From: Nitrospira sp. | GTDB lineage: Bacteria > Nitrospirota > Nitrospiria > Nitrospirales > Nitrospiraceae | Direction of reading: 5' to 3' | Length of the DNA stretch: 64,000 bases | NCBI GenBank assembly: GCA_024330925.1 | Contig: JANDJK010000003.1 | Coordinates: 2,075 to 66,074, forward strand | Shown: positions 20,587 to 30,572 of the stretch, in pieces | How the letters are laid out: each line of letters starts with the position of its first letter | Numbering within the stretch: position 1 is the first letter of the stretch | Notes under the pieces: model-generated | Database searches by the model: none | What the model was told of the DNA's origin: nothing | What the model saw: the letters and a program-made list of their open reading frames with translations, nothing else | Position numbers and translations under genes: made by a program

Positions 20587-21964
20587 GACCCCCTTTTATA
20601 GCATACTTCTCCAAGCGATAGCGGAAGGACCGAGTGTTGAGCCGGAGCAGGCGAGCAGCGTTCTTTTTGACCCACTTCGACCGTTCGAGGGCTTGAAGCA
20701 ACAGATCTTTTTCGATCCGACTGATGAGGGATTCGAGATCCACGCCGTCATCCGTCAATTCAAGCGGCAGGATCGACTTGGATGTCGGCGACACTGGCCG
20801 GTGCAACCATGTCCGCATCTCTTCCTCAGTCACTATTCCACCGGTTGAAAACGCCACCACCCGCTCGATCAAATTCTCCAGTTCTCGCACATTCCCCCTC
20901 CATTCCTGCTCCAGCAGAACACGCATGGCCTCCTGGCTCAACGTTGGAGCTGGTTTTCCGCTTTCCTTCGCAAACCGCTCCAGAAAATGGTTGACCAGCA
21001 GCGGGATGTCTCCCACCCGCATCCGCAACGGAGGAAGGTGAATGGGGATGACATCCAGCCGATAATAGAGATCCCGTCGAAATGATCCCTCGGCAACCGC
21101 CCGTTCGAGATCTTTGTTGGTCGCGGCAACGATCCGCACATCCACCTTGATGTCCTGACTCCCGCCAATACGCCTAAATTCCCGCTCTTGGATGACGCGC
21201 AAGAGCTTGGCTTGAATTGCTGGCGGAGTGTCACCAACTTCGTCGAGAAAAATCGTTCCGCCGTTGGCCACTTCGAACAGCCCCACTTTATTCGACATCG
21301 CGCCGGTGAACGACCCCTTCATATGACCAAACAACTCACTCTCCAACAGCGTTTCCGGCACAGCGCTGCAATTGACGGCGACAAACGGCATGGCGCTTCT
21401 CGCGCTGTTGTAGTGAATCGCCCGCGCCACCAACTCTTTGCCGGTTCCGCTTTCACCACAAATCAAGACGTTGCTTTTTGAATTGGCCACGCGGCGCACT
21501 AAATCGAACACTTTTTGCATCGCTTCACTTTGCCCCACCAGTTGCGAAAAAGAAAACTGGCCGGCGATTTCGCGTTTGAGCAGCCTATTCTCTGTTGTCA
21601 GGCGCCGTTTTTCGAGCGCGTTGCGGATGATCAGTTGCACTTCATCGATCTGAAACGGCTTGGTCAGGTAATCGTAGGCGCCCTGCTTCATGGCCTCGAC
21701 TGCCGATTCTGCTGACGCAAATGCCGTAATCACCAACACGACCGTCTCAGGCGAAGCTGACTTGGCCGCTTTCAGCACCTCGATACCGTCCACCCCCGGC
21801 ATCCGCAGATCAGTAATGACCAGATCAAAAATTTCTTTGTTCAAACGTTCTAAGGCTTCTTCGCCGCTGGCCACACTGCTAACGGCATAGCCGGTTCGCT
21901 CGAGCATGATACTCAGGACCTCGCGCATGCTCTCTTCATCATCGACCACTAGAATTTTTTCCAC
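20579..21964 (-). CDS. pilR: Sigma54-dependent response regulator, PilR-like
   Basis: Receiver domain (DDE, DLRMP), AAA+ domain (GESGTGKE, ESELFGH, GSFTGA, WRGNVRELEN), Fis-type HTH; follows pilC-pilS. Confidence 0.85.
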   Translation of the reverse strand: MEKILVVDDEESMREVLSIMLERTGYAVSSVASGEEALERLNKEIFDLVITDLRMPGVDGIEVLKAAKSASPETVVLVITAFASAESAVEAMKQGAYDYLTKPFQIDEVQLIIRNALEKRRLTTENRLLKREIAGQFSFSQLVGQSEAMQKVFDLVRRVANSKSNVLICGESGTGKELVARAIHYNSARSAMPFVAVNCSAVPETLLESELFGHMKGSFTGAMSNKVGLFEVANGGTIFLDEVGDTPPAIQAKLLRVIQEREFRRIGGSQDIKVDVRIVAATNKDLERAVAEGSFRRDLYYRLDVIPIHLPPLRMRVGDIPLLVNHFLERFAKESGKPAPTLSQEAMRVLLEQEWRGNVRELENLIERVVAFSTGGIVTEEEMRTWLHRPVSPTSKSILPLELTDDGVDLESLISRIEKDLLLQALERSKWVKKNAARLLRLNTRSFRYRLEKYAIKGGRD

Positions 21965-23643
21965 GGTTCCCGCCTCTCATACCAAAATCGCACACCAGCA
22001 TCCGCCGGCTGCGGTAAACACACGACAATGCTGGTTCCTTCCTGTTCTCGGCTGTCCACCTTGATCCACCCCCCGTGCAGATCGATGATGCGATGGACAG
22101 AGGCCAGCCCCAATCCCGACCCGTGCTGTTTTGTCGTAAAGAACGGCAGAAAAATCTTCTCCAGATGCTCCTTGGGAATCCCTACACCGGAATCATGGAA
22201 GGCAATTTCCACGATATCTGCCTGACGGTTGCCGAGCTCCATCTGGCGTCGCCCCGCCGTAATGGTGAGTCGCCCCCCCTGGGGCATGGCATCAAAGGCA
22301 TTGACGGCGAGGTTCCAACACACTTGCTTCATTTGATCGGGATCGACGCGGACTGTCAGAGGCTCATCGCTCAACACTGTCGCAACGGCGATTCCCTTCC
22401 TCGCGTGCGCTTCATGGGTAATCAAATCAACGATCTCAGCCAACAGTGTGTTGATATCGACCGTTTGCAACTGAAGCGCCGGCGGACGCGCATATTGCAG
22501 GAACGCCGTGACGATAGCATCAAGCCTGGACGCTTCCCGTACGGCAATGTCCATCAGCCGCCGGCTGGTCGCATCAGTTGGTATGTCTTGCCTCAACATT
22601 TGCATGGCGCCAGCAAGCGCTCCGAGCGGATTGCGGATTTCGTGCGCCATTCCCGCCGACATTTCACCCAACGTCGCGAGCCATTCCTTGCGGCGCATCT
22701 CCTCCTCTAACTCACGAATTTGGGTTAGGTCCTTAAATACTCCTACTAGTCCTGTCTGTTTCCCCTGTTCCTGGAGCGGCGCAAGAGTCATGCCCAACAC
22801 CAGTCTAGTGCCATCTGCCCGTTTGCATTCCACTTCAAATCGCTCATGCGCTGGTACACCAGAATCGACTTCCGCCTCTGGCCGCACGGGATGCCAATTG
22901 AACACCTCCGTCCACGGTCGGCCGCGAACCTGTTCGAAACTGTAGCCGGTCACTTCCTGCGCCGCTGGATTAAACGAGGTGATCCGTCCCTCGCCATCAG
23001 TCGTAAACACCCCACTGCTGATGCTGTTGACAATGGATTCGTGAAACGCTCTCAACCGGTTCAAACCGCACGCCTGCTCGCGCAGCACAGAATCTGCCTG
23101 TTGGAGTTGCCTCACCAACGCACCGCTCAACAACCCCACCACCAGAAACACCAGACTGTACACTCCGAACGTCTGGAGCGACTCAGCAGCACTTAACCGT
23201 CCTTGCGGCAACCACCCCCAAGACTCGGCAAGACCATAGAGCTGCACATTCGTCAACGCGCCAAATAAAGTGACGCACCCGCCAGCCGTTAACAGCGCCG
23301 CATGCTGCCGTGGAACAAGACCAGCTACCGCCACACTCATCACGTACAACACTGCGAACGGACTCTCGACCCCTCCCGTCCGTCCGATTAAAATCGTTTC
23401 CAGTAGCAGATCAACGACAATTTGAGCCCACGCGAGCCGGGCTATCGCTTCCGGAGTTGTGAGTTTCTGAAGCACAACCACATAGACGATAGTGGCCGCA
23501 TAGGTAACAATGATCAATGCGTAGAACGTTTTCGCCTGTTCGCCCCTCGTGACATGAAAGATCAGCGATAGTCCGAGGAGCAAAGTGACCAACACCAGGC
23601 GCAATCCCATCAACCAATGGATTCTTGCTCTGATGTCTGTCAT
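21949..23643 (-). CDS. pilS: PAS-domain sensor histidine kinase, PilS-like
   Basis: Multi-TM N-terminus (GGVESPFAVLY), PAS domain, AHEIRNPL H-box, QVCWNLAVNA, GSGLGL. Confidence 0.85.
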   Translation of the reverse strand: MTDIRARIHWLMGLRLVLVTLLLGLSLIFHVTRGEQAKTFYALIIVTYAATIVYVVVLQKLTTPEAIARLAWAQIVVDLLLETILIGRTGGVESPFAVLYVMSVAVAGLVPRQHAALLTAGGCVTLFGALTNVQLYGLAESWGWLPQGRLSAAESLQTFGVYSLVFLVVGLLSGALVRQLQQADSVLREQACGLNRLRAFHESIVNSISSGVFTTDGEGRITSFNPAAQEVTGYSFEQVRGRPWTEVFNWHPVRPEAEVDSGVPAHERFEVECKRADGTRLVLGMTLAPLQEQGKQTGLVGVFKDLTQIRELEEEMRRKEWLATLGEMSAGMAHEIRNPLGALAGAMQMLRQDIPTDATSRRLMDIAVREASRLDAIVTAFLQYARPPALQLQTVDINTLLAEIVDLITHEAHARKGIAVATVLSDEPLTVRVDPDQMKQVCWNLAVNAFDAMPQGGRLTITAGRRQMELGNRQADIVEIAFHDSGVGIPKEHLEKIFLPFFTTKQHGSGLGLASVHRIIDLHGGWIKVDSREQEGTSIVVCLPQPADAGVRFWYERREPWKKF

Positions 23644-23848
23644 GACGCCGATTGTGATGTGACGCATCGACCTCCTGCACCAACCGGCCGGTGCGCATCA
23701 TCGCCCTCCTTGCGAGAAGAGAAGAGAGCATGGACGGCGAGGAGACAACTCACGGCCCCTTTGCCCGCAAGCCCCCCATGATCAGAACGGCGACCTGAAC
23801 TGGTTCCCGGCAAGAAGAACCACTAGCTTACGTGTTCAGCTCAGTCAC

Positions 23849-25063
23849 CTAGCCGATGGCAGACGCCATGGTGAAGATTGGCAAGTACATAGCCACCACG
23901 ATAAATCCTACCGTCACGCCGAGAAATACCATCATCATCGGCTCGAGCAACGCTGTCAGGTTGGCCACAGCTTCATCTACCTCTTCTTCGTAAAAGTCGG
24001 CGATTTTCCCCAACATGTTGTCCAGAGCCCCCGTCGATTCACCGACCGCAATCATGTGCGTCACCATCTTGGGAAACGTCCCGCTCTTAGCCAGCGGGTC
24101 AGCAATAGTTTTTCCGCCACTGATACTGACCCTGGCTTCCAGGATAGTGCCCTCAATCACTTTGTTCCCGGCGGTCTTGGCACAGATCGTAAGCGCCTCC
24201 AGCAGGGGCACACCGCTGGACAATAACGTTCCCAGCGTACGCGCGAACTTTGCCACCGAAGCTTTGAGGATCAGGCTGCCGAAGAGGGGAAGCTTTAACA
24301 ATGATTTATCAATGACCAATCGCCCCTGCGTGGTCGCATAATATTTTTTCACCACAACAATGAGCCCCATGATGGCAGCCAGGATCACATACCAACTCTC
24401 CTGGACAACATTGCTCATGTCGATGACCAGTTGTGTCGGACCAGGAAGCGACATCGTGCCGCCGGACATTTCTTTGAACATTTTCTCAAAGACGGGAATC
24501 ACCCAAATCATGAGGACGGTAATGACGATGATAGCGATGCCGATGATGGCCGAGGGATACACGAGAGCACTTTTGATCTGCCCCTTTAACTTCATCGCTT
24601 TCTCAATGTGTTTGGAGAGGCGGCTCATGATCGTATCCAACAATCCCCCGACTTCACCAGCATGCACCATGTTAATGTACAGATCATCGAAGATTTTGGG
24701 GTGTTTGCGGAGCGCGTCCGAAAACGTCGAGCCGGATTCAACGTCGGTTTTGACCTCCGCAATCGCCTTCTTGAGCGTGGCGTTCTCGGACTGGGTTGCC
24801 AGAATATCCAGACATTGCACCAACGGCAGACCGGCATTGATCATGGTGCCAAACTGACGGGTAAAGACGGCCAGGTCTTTCTGGCGGACCCCACTTCCGA
24901 AGCTGAACGCGAATCCCGACCTCGCCGCTTTCTCCTGCAAACTCGTCACCACGACGTTTTGTTTGCGGAGCATCTCAACGGCTTCCTCGCGGGTTTTTGC
25001 GACCAACTCTCCTTTCTTGACCGCTCCAGATTTCGTACGTCCAACGTATGCAAAAGTAGCCAT
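23849..25063 (-). CDS. pilC: Type IV pilus platform protein (T2SS F family)
   Basis: MATFAY, FTRQFGTMINAGLPL, GEVGGLLD, IKSALVYP, LGTLLSSGVP, GESTGALD. Confidence 0.95.
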   Translation of the reverse strand: MATFAYVGRTKSGAVKKGELVAKTREEAVEMLRKQNVVVTSLQEKAARSGFAFSFGSGVRQKDLAVFTRQFGTMINAGLPLVQCLDILATQSENATLKKAIAEVKTDVESGSTFSDALRKHPKIFDDLYINMVHAGEVGGLLDTIMSRLSKHIEKAMKLKGQIKSALVYPSAIIGIAIIVITVLMIWVIPVFEKMFKEMSGGTMSLPGPTQLVIDMSNVVQESWYVILAAIMGLIVVVKKYYATTQGRLVIDKSLLKLPLFGSLILKASVAKFARTLGTLLSSGVPLLEALTICAKTAGNKVIEGTILEARVSISGGKTIADPLAKSGTFPKMVTHMIAVGESTGALDNMLGKIADFYEEEVDEAVANLTALLEPMMMVFLGVTVGFIVVAMYLPIFTMASAIG

Positions 25064-25135
25064 GGGTTCGCTCGTCTTTCGTCCTGTAACCGCAAAGAGT
25101 CAACGGTGGCGCGCAGAATGACGCCTCTTGCAGGA

Positions 25136-25164
25136 AGTCTACTGGGGTCCCCCCAACCTGTCAA
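25136..25164 (-). promoter_or_regulatory. Putative sigma70 promoter of pilC
   Basis: TTGACA-17-TAGACT. Confidence 0.6.
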
Positions 25165-25174
25165 AACAATTACA

Positions 25175-25720
25175 TTATTTGCCTGAGGGCCCCGGCAAGA
25201 TGCTGTTTCGATAACCCCGTTGCAGGTACTGAAAGCCGGAGATGAGCGTGAATCCAACCATCACCACCACAAGAGGCGTCAGAATGGACACGCTCTTACC
25301 AAGCCACGTGAGAAGGACTGCCAGAAAGAGATACGCCAACTGCAGCGCTGTCGTTCCCTTACCCCATATCGTCGGGGTCACATCGAGCCGGCTGGCCGTC
25401 AGATGGGCAACAGCCGTGCCCAACAAAAGAATCACGTCGCGACTGACTACCAAGATGACCAGCCACGATGGCACAAGGTGCAACGAGGCGAGCGAGAGGA
25501 ATCCCGATGTCAACAACAATTTATCCGCCAGGGGATCGAGAAACATCCCCAGTTTAGTCTGCTGATTCAACCGACGGGCAATCAGGCCGTCAACGGCATC
25601 TGTCAAACCAGCACACAGGAGCACCGCCAGAGCCAGCCCATATTCCCCGTATGTCATGCATCCGATCAAGACAGGGATGAGCAGGATGCGGAGGATCGTC
25701 AGGCTATTGGGAATGTTCAT
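25175..25720 (-). CDS. CDP-alcohol phosphatidyltransferase (PgsA/cardiolipin synthase-like)
   Basis: NIPNSLTILR; signature DAVDGLIAR-x8-G-x3-D-x3-D. Confidence 0.92.
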   Translation of the reverse strand: MNIPNSLTILRILLIPVLIGCMTYGEYGLALAVLLCAGLTDAVDGLIARRLNQQTKLGMFLDPLADKLLLTSGFLSLASLHLVPSWLVILVVSRDVILLLGTAVAHLTASRLDVTPTIWGKGTTALQLAYLFLAVLLTWLGKSVSILTPLVVVMVGFTLISGFQYLQRGYRNSILPGPSGK

Positions 25721-25738
25721 GGAAATGATCGCAAGGCC

Positions 25739-25767
25739 ATCTTAGTAACGGCCACCTGGCTTGTCAA
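25739..25767 (-). promoter_or_regulatory. Putative sigma70 promoter of the pgsA-like gene
   Basis: TTGACA-17-TAAGAT. Confidence 0.6.
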
Positions 25768-25772
25768 CGAAG

Positions 25773-25801
25773 TTGCAGTCGGTACGAAGCGTTTCTATAA
25801 T
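25773..25801 (+). promoter_or_regulatory. Putative sigma70 promoter of the divergent hypothetical gene
   Basis: TTGCAG-17-TATAAT. Confidence 0.6.
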
Positions 25802-25837
25802 GGAAAATCAAAACTGAAGAGCCTCAGGGGAGGGGCC

Positions 25838-26176
25838 ATGAGCACATTGCCGTTAACGTTTAAAAAAGAAGGGCTCGTCGAAAAACACCAGCTCGAAGGA
25901 GTGGACCCCAGCGACCGCTACTTCAATCGCGCCATCCTGGTGCACCGCTCGTCTGCCGGCTATACCGCCAAAGTCTCTTATGAAGCACTGACCGTTGAAA
26001 GCGGATCCCACACCACCATTACTGGCGCAATCAAGGAAATTGTCCACAAGCTCCAGGAGCTGGGTTTCTCACGGATGCGAACCAGAGTAAATTTTCGAGG
26101 AACGCGCTATCTTGCCGAAAAAGAAACATGGATCGACTATCCTGACAAACCGCCCCTCCCTTCCACCCGCTCCTGA
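25838..26176 (+). CDS. Hypothetical protein, 112 aa
   Basis: C-terminal part of track ORF 25220..26176 (MSTLPLTFKKEGLVEKH...WIDYPD). SD GGAGGGG and a promoter lie upstream. Confidence 0.75.
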   Translation: MSTLPLTFKKEGLVEKHQLEGVDPSDRYFNRAILVHRSSAGYTAKVSYEALTVESGSHTTITGAIKEIVHKLQELGFSRMRTRVNFRGTRYLAEKETWIDYPDKPPLPSTRS

Positions 26177-27324
26177 TATACCAGATCGTGAATGAAAGGT
26201 CGAAACGACCGAATTTTGTTGTTGTGTCTCGTCGGGTGCACACGATTCGATAACAAGACCACCTCTAGCTCACTGACCGGATCAATCCACACGGAAGTTC
26301 CCGTATATCCCAGGTGTCCAAACGATTGGGAGGAGAAATAGCGACCGGACGAAGAAGGGACCGAGGGAGTATCCCAGCCCAAAGCCCAGCTTGACGCAGT
26401 GGCTGTACGGAATGGGCGCACAAATTCCCGCACGACGTCTCGGTCGAGCAGCGACGGTTTTCCGTGATATGCAGCCAGCCAGGTCCCCGACAAGGCCAAC
26501 ACCGCTTCCGCCGTGCCAAAAAGACCAGCATGGCCTGCAACACCACCCAACGCAGCGGCGTTTTCGTCATGGACCTCACCCACAAGCAACCGTTGCCGCC
26601 AGTCGTCCCACTCAGTGGGAGCGATGGAATCCTTCAACCAAGACAGGCGCATCGCTCCTTCCTGGTCCGTCGGCAGATAGCACAAGGGATCAGCCCCTGT
26701 CGGGTCGGCGACATAGCGTTGAACATAACAATCCAGTGACATCCCAACTTTTCGTTCAATGGCCATGCCCAGCAACATGAACCCGAGGTCACTATAAAGA
26801 CTGCGGCTTCCTCTCGCATAGAGAAGCGGTTCCCGTCCGATGAGGTGGAGCATCCGAGCCGCTACCGCGGTTCGTTCTTGCCTTGATGAAGGAAGGACCG
26901 CATGGGGACTCACTTGCTCGTAGAACCCTCGCCAGGCAGGCAGACCAGAACTGTGGGCTAAGAGGTGCCGCACCGTTGCCGAACCGACGGCCGTCCCTCC
27001 CAGCTCTGGCAACCATGCTTCGATAGCATCTTCGAGGAAACCACGCCCTTCTTGAACCAGCAACACCAGTGCCGTAACAGTCACCAAGGGTTTTGTGAGA
27101 GAAGCTAAATCGTAGAGGACCGAGGAGGTGACAGCTCGACTGGAAGGCTGCCACGAAAGACGGCCGACTGCCACGAGCCAAGTCTCCGCGAGGTGGCGGC
27201 GAACCGCTAGCACCGCTCCAGGGAAAATACCGTCGGCCACCGCCTGCTCCAGCGCCATACGAACCGACGGAGGAGCTGGTACGATCGCACGTTGATCGGG
27301 CCGCCAATGGCCAACCGTACTCAC
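26137..27324 (-). CDS. Beta-lactamase-family serine hydrolase
   Basis: YDLASLTK (SxxK), LLAHSSGLP, YSDLGF, GEVHDENA, GHAGLFGT, FGHLGYTGT. Confidence 0.92.
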   Translation of the reverse strand: MSTVGHWRPDQRAIVPAPPSVRMALEQAVADGIFPGAVLAVRRHLAETWLVAVGRLSWQPSSRAVTSSVLYDLASLTKPLVTVTALVLLVQEGRGFLEDAIEAWLPELGGTAVGSATVRHLLAHSSGLPAWRGFYEQVSPHAVLPSSRQERTAVAARMLHLIGREPLLYARGSRSLYSDLGFMLLGMAIERKVGMSLDCYVQRYVADPTGADPLCYLPTDQEGAMRLSWLKDSIAPTEWDDWRQRLLVGEVHDENAAALGGVAGHAGLFGTAEAVLALSGTWLAAYHGKPSLLDRDVVREFVRPFRTATASSWALGWDTPSVPSSSGRYFSSQSFGHLGYTGTSVWIDPVSELEVVLLSNRVHPTRHNNKIRSFRPFIHDLVYQERVEGRGGLSG

Positions 27325-27336
27325 CCCATGCTCTTC

Positions 27337-27849
27337 TTATCGAGCCGGACTTGTGTCACCGTGCCCCTTGAGCTCGGACACCATCTCATGCTCGTGGTAA
27401 ACCTCGCCGGTCTCAACTTCTAACATCCGTTCAAAGGTTTGAAGCGTGGCGCGGATGCGTTCTACCAGCAACACCCGCTGCTTCTGCAGGAGGGACACCT
27501 CTCGCTGCGTCTCAGCCAAGTCCATCCGCGCCTGCCGAAACAATTCTTCTGCTTTCAGCTCTGCTTCCTTGACAATCAACTCAGCATCGCGCTGCGCATT
27601 CTTCTTAATGTCGTCAGCCAGAGATTGCGCCGACATCAGCGTGTTCGACAACGTGACCTCTGTCCGTTTCAACTCTGCGATTTGCTGCTCCAAAGCCGCG
27701 GCGCGCTCGCGTAAACTGGTGTTCTCACGCTTCAAGGATTCGACGGTTTGTGCTACCTCTTCTAGAAATCGGTTGACCTCATTCCGGTCATAGCCGCGGA
27801 ACGTCGTGCGAAAGGTCATCTGCTGGATATCAAGCGGTGTGAGGTTCAT
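27337..27849 (-). CDS. divIVA: DivIVA domain protein
   Basis: LTPLDIQQMTFRTTFRGYDRNEVNRFL followed by coiled coil. Confidence 0.93.
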   Translation of the reverse strand: MNLTPLDIQQMTFRTTFRGYDRNEVNRFLEEVAQTVESLKRENTSLRERAAALEQQIAELKRTEVTLSNTLMSAQSLADDIKKNAQRDAELIVKEAELKAEELFRQARMDLAETQREVSLLQKQRVLLVERIRATLQTFERMLEVETGEVYHEHEMVSELKGHGDTSPAR

Positions 27850-27872
27850 GACATCCCCCCTTGATGGACGAT

Positions 27873-28169
27873 TCAGTTCATTCGCAGCGCCAAATCCTTA
27901 AGCGACTGCACCAGCGCAAACTGCAAAAATGTAATTGCTAAAATAGCCACCAGCGGAGAAAGATCCACCCCCATTCGCCACCCGATCCGACGGCGAATCG
28001 GTGACAGCACCGGCTCTGTTACCCGATCGAGGAACTGCACAATCGGATTCCAAGGATCCGGATTCACCCACGAGATGAGGGCACGTGCGATGATAACCCA
28101 CATGTACAACCACAGAACGTAGTCAAGCACCGTGGCAAGACCCAATAGAATGTTGCCTACAACAAACAT
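27873..28169 (-). CDS. yggT: YggT family membrane protein
   Basis: IARALISWVNPDPWNP...TEPVLSPIRR...DLSP. Confidence 0.95.
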   Translation of the reverse strand: MFVVGNILLGLATVLDYVLWLYMWVIIARALISWVNPDPWNPIVQFLDRVTEPVLSPIRRRIGWRMGVDLSPLVAILAITFLQFALVQSLKDLALRMN

Positions 28170-28984
28170 CAGTGCCCCAACTCCTGCGACCGTTTTGTAG
28201 CAGCCTCGACAGCTTCGATCAGCGCAGCCCGTATGCCAGCCCGTTCGAGACAGTGCAAGCCGGCGATCGTTGTGCCGCCGGGCGACACCACCCGATCCCG
28301 TAAACGGGCGGGGTGCTCGCCGGTCTCCAACACCATACGCGCGGCTCCCAGAACCGTTTGCGCAGCTAACAGAGCTGCCACCTCTCGTGGCAACCCCATT
28401 TTCACCCCTCCATCCGTTAAGGCCTCAATAGCAAGAAACAGATAGGCTGGTCCGCTGCCACTCAGGCCGGTCACTGCATCCATCAACCGCTCTTCAACCG
28501 AGACAACCTTCCCCACTGCCTCGAAAAGGCGACGGACCAGTGCCGCCTCATCTTCCCGCACACCCTCTCCATAGGAGAGAGCCGTCATCCCCTCTTTAAC
28601 CAGGGTGGGGGTATTAGGCATAGCCCGAATCACGCGACAAGAGGCTGCTCCCACAAGATCCATAATCCGACTGATCGACCAACCGGCCACCACCGATACC
28701 ACAAGCTTACCGGCTAGGTGACCATTCAACTCGCGGAGCACCTGTTCGGTCGCCTGGGGCTTAATCGCCAAAACAACGACCGCGCCCCAGTCAGCTACCT
28801 CCTGATTGGAGGAGTGGACAAGAATACCGAATTGTTGTTGCAGGCTACTACGGCGGTCGCCATCGGGATCGGCAGCCCGAATTTGATCAGGACGGTAGAG
28901 CTTGGCAGACAACAGTCCCCCGATTAATGCCTCGGCCATCCTGCCGCCACCGATAAACGCAACATTGGTATCGAGACTACCCAT
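28169..28984 (-). CDS. proC: Pyrroline-5-carboxylate reductase
   Basis: FIGGGRMA, RAMPNTP, TGLSGSGPAY, VVSPGGTT; start trimmed to 28984. Confidence 0.97.
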   Translation of the reverse strand: MGSLDTNVAFIGGGRMAEALIGGLLSAKLYRPDQIRAADPDGDRRSSLQQQFGILVHSSNQEVADWGAVVVLAIKPQATEQVLRELNGHLAGKLVVSVVAGWSISRIMDLVGAASCRVIRAMPNTPTLVKEGMTALSYGEGVREDEAALVRRLFEAVGKVVSVEERLMDAVTGLSGSGPAYLFLAIEALTDGGVKMGLPREVAALLAAQTVLGAARMVLETGEHPARLRDRVVSPGGTTIAGLHCLERAGIRAALIEAVEAATKRSQELGH

Positions 28985-29687
28985 GACGGGCCCCAAAAAT
29001 AGCGGAACCGACTCGCACCAACGTTGCGCCTTCTTCAATGGCGACACGATAATCGTTCGACATGCCCATGGAGAGCTCCTGCATGACAACACCGGAAACA
29101 CAACGCGCAGCAATGGTGTCCCGCAAGGATCGCAGTTTCTGAAAATAGATTCTGGCATCTTCTGCCCGGGGAGTTGGAGGGGGGATCGTCATGAGCCCCT
29201 TGATACGCAGATGCGGCAACTGTGCCATCACGGGAACCATTGCCTCCAGAGCATCAGGATGAAACCCTGCCTTCGTGGCTTCTCCTCCCACGTTGACTTC
29301 CAGCAGCACCTCCTGCACCAGACCGGCCTCTGCGGCCCGCCGATCGATTTCTTGCGCGAGCTCCAGACTGTCAACCGAATGAATCAACTCGAACAATCCT
29401 ATAATCGAGCGGACTTTCCGTCGCTGGAGCTGGCCGATGAAATGCCATCGAACCGGCGCACCCTCGAACACTCTGATCTTGGGAATCGCCTCTTGCACTC
29501 TATTTTCTCCTAGGATCGAGAGCCCCGCATCGAGCCCCTGGCGAATACGTTCAACGGTCACCGTTTTGGTGGCAGCAACCAGCCTGATCGTCTCGGCAGG
29601 TCGTCCCGCTTTCTCCGCTGCCTGGCGGATCGCTGACAAGACCGCTTGGACTCGACAGGCGATCGTTTCGGAGTCAGGTCCTTCCAT
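28977..29687 (-). CDS. yggS: PLP homeostasis protein
   Basis: LVAATKT, GENRVQE, WHFIGQLQ, GLMTIPP, LSMGMSNDY, VRVGSAIFG. Confidence 0.97.
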   Translation of the reverse strand: MEGPDSETIACRVQAVLSAIRQAAEKAGRPAETIRLVAATKTVTVERIRQGLDAGLSILGENRVQEAIPKIRVFEGAPVRWHFIGQLQRRKVRSIIGLFELIHSVDSLELAQEIDRRAAEAGLVQEVLLEVNVGGEATKAGFHPDALEAMVPVMAQLPHLRIKGLMTIPPPTPRAEDARIYFQKLRSLRDTIAARCVSGVVMQELSMGMSNDYRVAIEEGATLVRVGSAIFGARHG

Positions 29688-29752
29688 TGCCGACCTCTTA
29701 CCCTCCAGACCGATGGACGTCCATCATGGGACAGGTATTGTAATGAAAGCCT

Positions 29753-30535
29753 TCAGCAATTGGCAGCGCTTCCCGTCTGATGACACGTTTCTTGTCTGGG
29801 TAGAAGGCCAATGGCGCTCACCATGGTTCCCACCACACGCCCTTCCCGCCGATAAGAAAAAAAGAGGGCCTCGTGACAGATCGTGCATAGGTCCACAGAG
29901 AAGACAGCCTCTGGTCTGACCCCGATCGTGAGCGCCTGTTGCCTGATGAGCTGTTTCAAATCGAGATACCCTTTGGACCCCCGTCGATTACGCACCACTT
30001 GGGCGGCGCAGGCATACAGATGATCGACGGCGTCCAGCACAGGGCTATCAACCTCATAGCAACACCCCCCCGCCGATGGGCCGATGCCAATCCGCAGATG
30101 CTCCGGTCTGGTTCCAAACCTTGTCCCCATGGTGACGATGGTTTTCTCTACAATACCGGCCACCGTGCCGCGCCAACCAGCATGCACGGCCGCCACAACA
30201 TTCCCTTGGGGATCGTGCATCAGAACGGGCACGCAATCAGCCGTCCTGACTGCCACCATAATGCCGGGCTGATTTGTCACCAATGCATCCCAGCCAGCAG
30301 AAAACCGATCATCCACCGTCACTGGTCGATCCACAATCAATGCATCAGTTCCATGAACTTGTTTCACCGACAGAAGCCACAAGGAAGGTGCTCGGTCATC
30401 AACCTGCGGCACCAGCGAGGGCACTCCCACCTCTAGACGCAGATCCTCCGACAAGCGGCGAGTCCCGAAGAAATGCCGCATGTTGCCCCCTCGCGGCGCA
30501 AAAGCCGGAATCGTTATTATCTTGTCAGCGATCAT
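29753..30535 (-). CDS. pgeF: Peptidoglycan editing factor / purine nucleoside phosphorylase YfiH
   Basis: QVHGT, RTADCVP, HAGWRG, CTIC...FFSYRR. Confidence 0.95.
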   Translation of the reverse strand: MIADKIITIPAFAPRGGNMRHFFGTRRLSEDLRLEVGVPSLVPQVDDRAPSLWLLSVKQVHGTDALIVDRPVTVDDRFSAGWDALVTNQPGIMVAVRTADCVPVLMHDPQGNVVAAVHAGWRGTVAGIVEKTIVTMGTRFGTRPEHLRIGIGPSAGGCCYEVDSPVLDAVDHLYACAAQVVRNRRGSKGYLDLKQLIRQQALTIGVRPEAVFSVDLCTICHEALFFSYRREGRVVGTMVSAIGLLPRQETCHQTGSAANC

Positions 30536-30572
30536 CGATCCTCGTGCAGAAAACGACTTCATCCAGGTTTCC

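Noticed and set aside
25220-25837. N-terminal 200 aa of the 318-aa plus-strand ORF
   Set aside because: It is the antisense shadow of the pgsA-like gene and crosses the promoter region. Promoter and SD point to ATG 25838.
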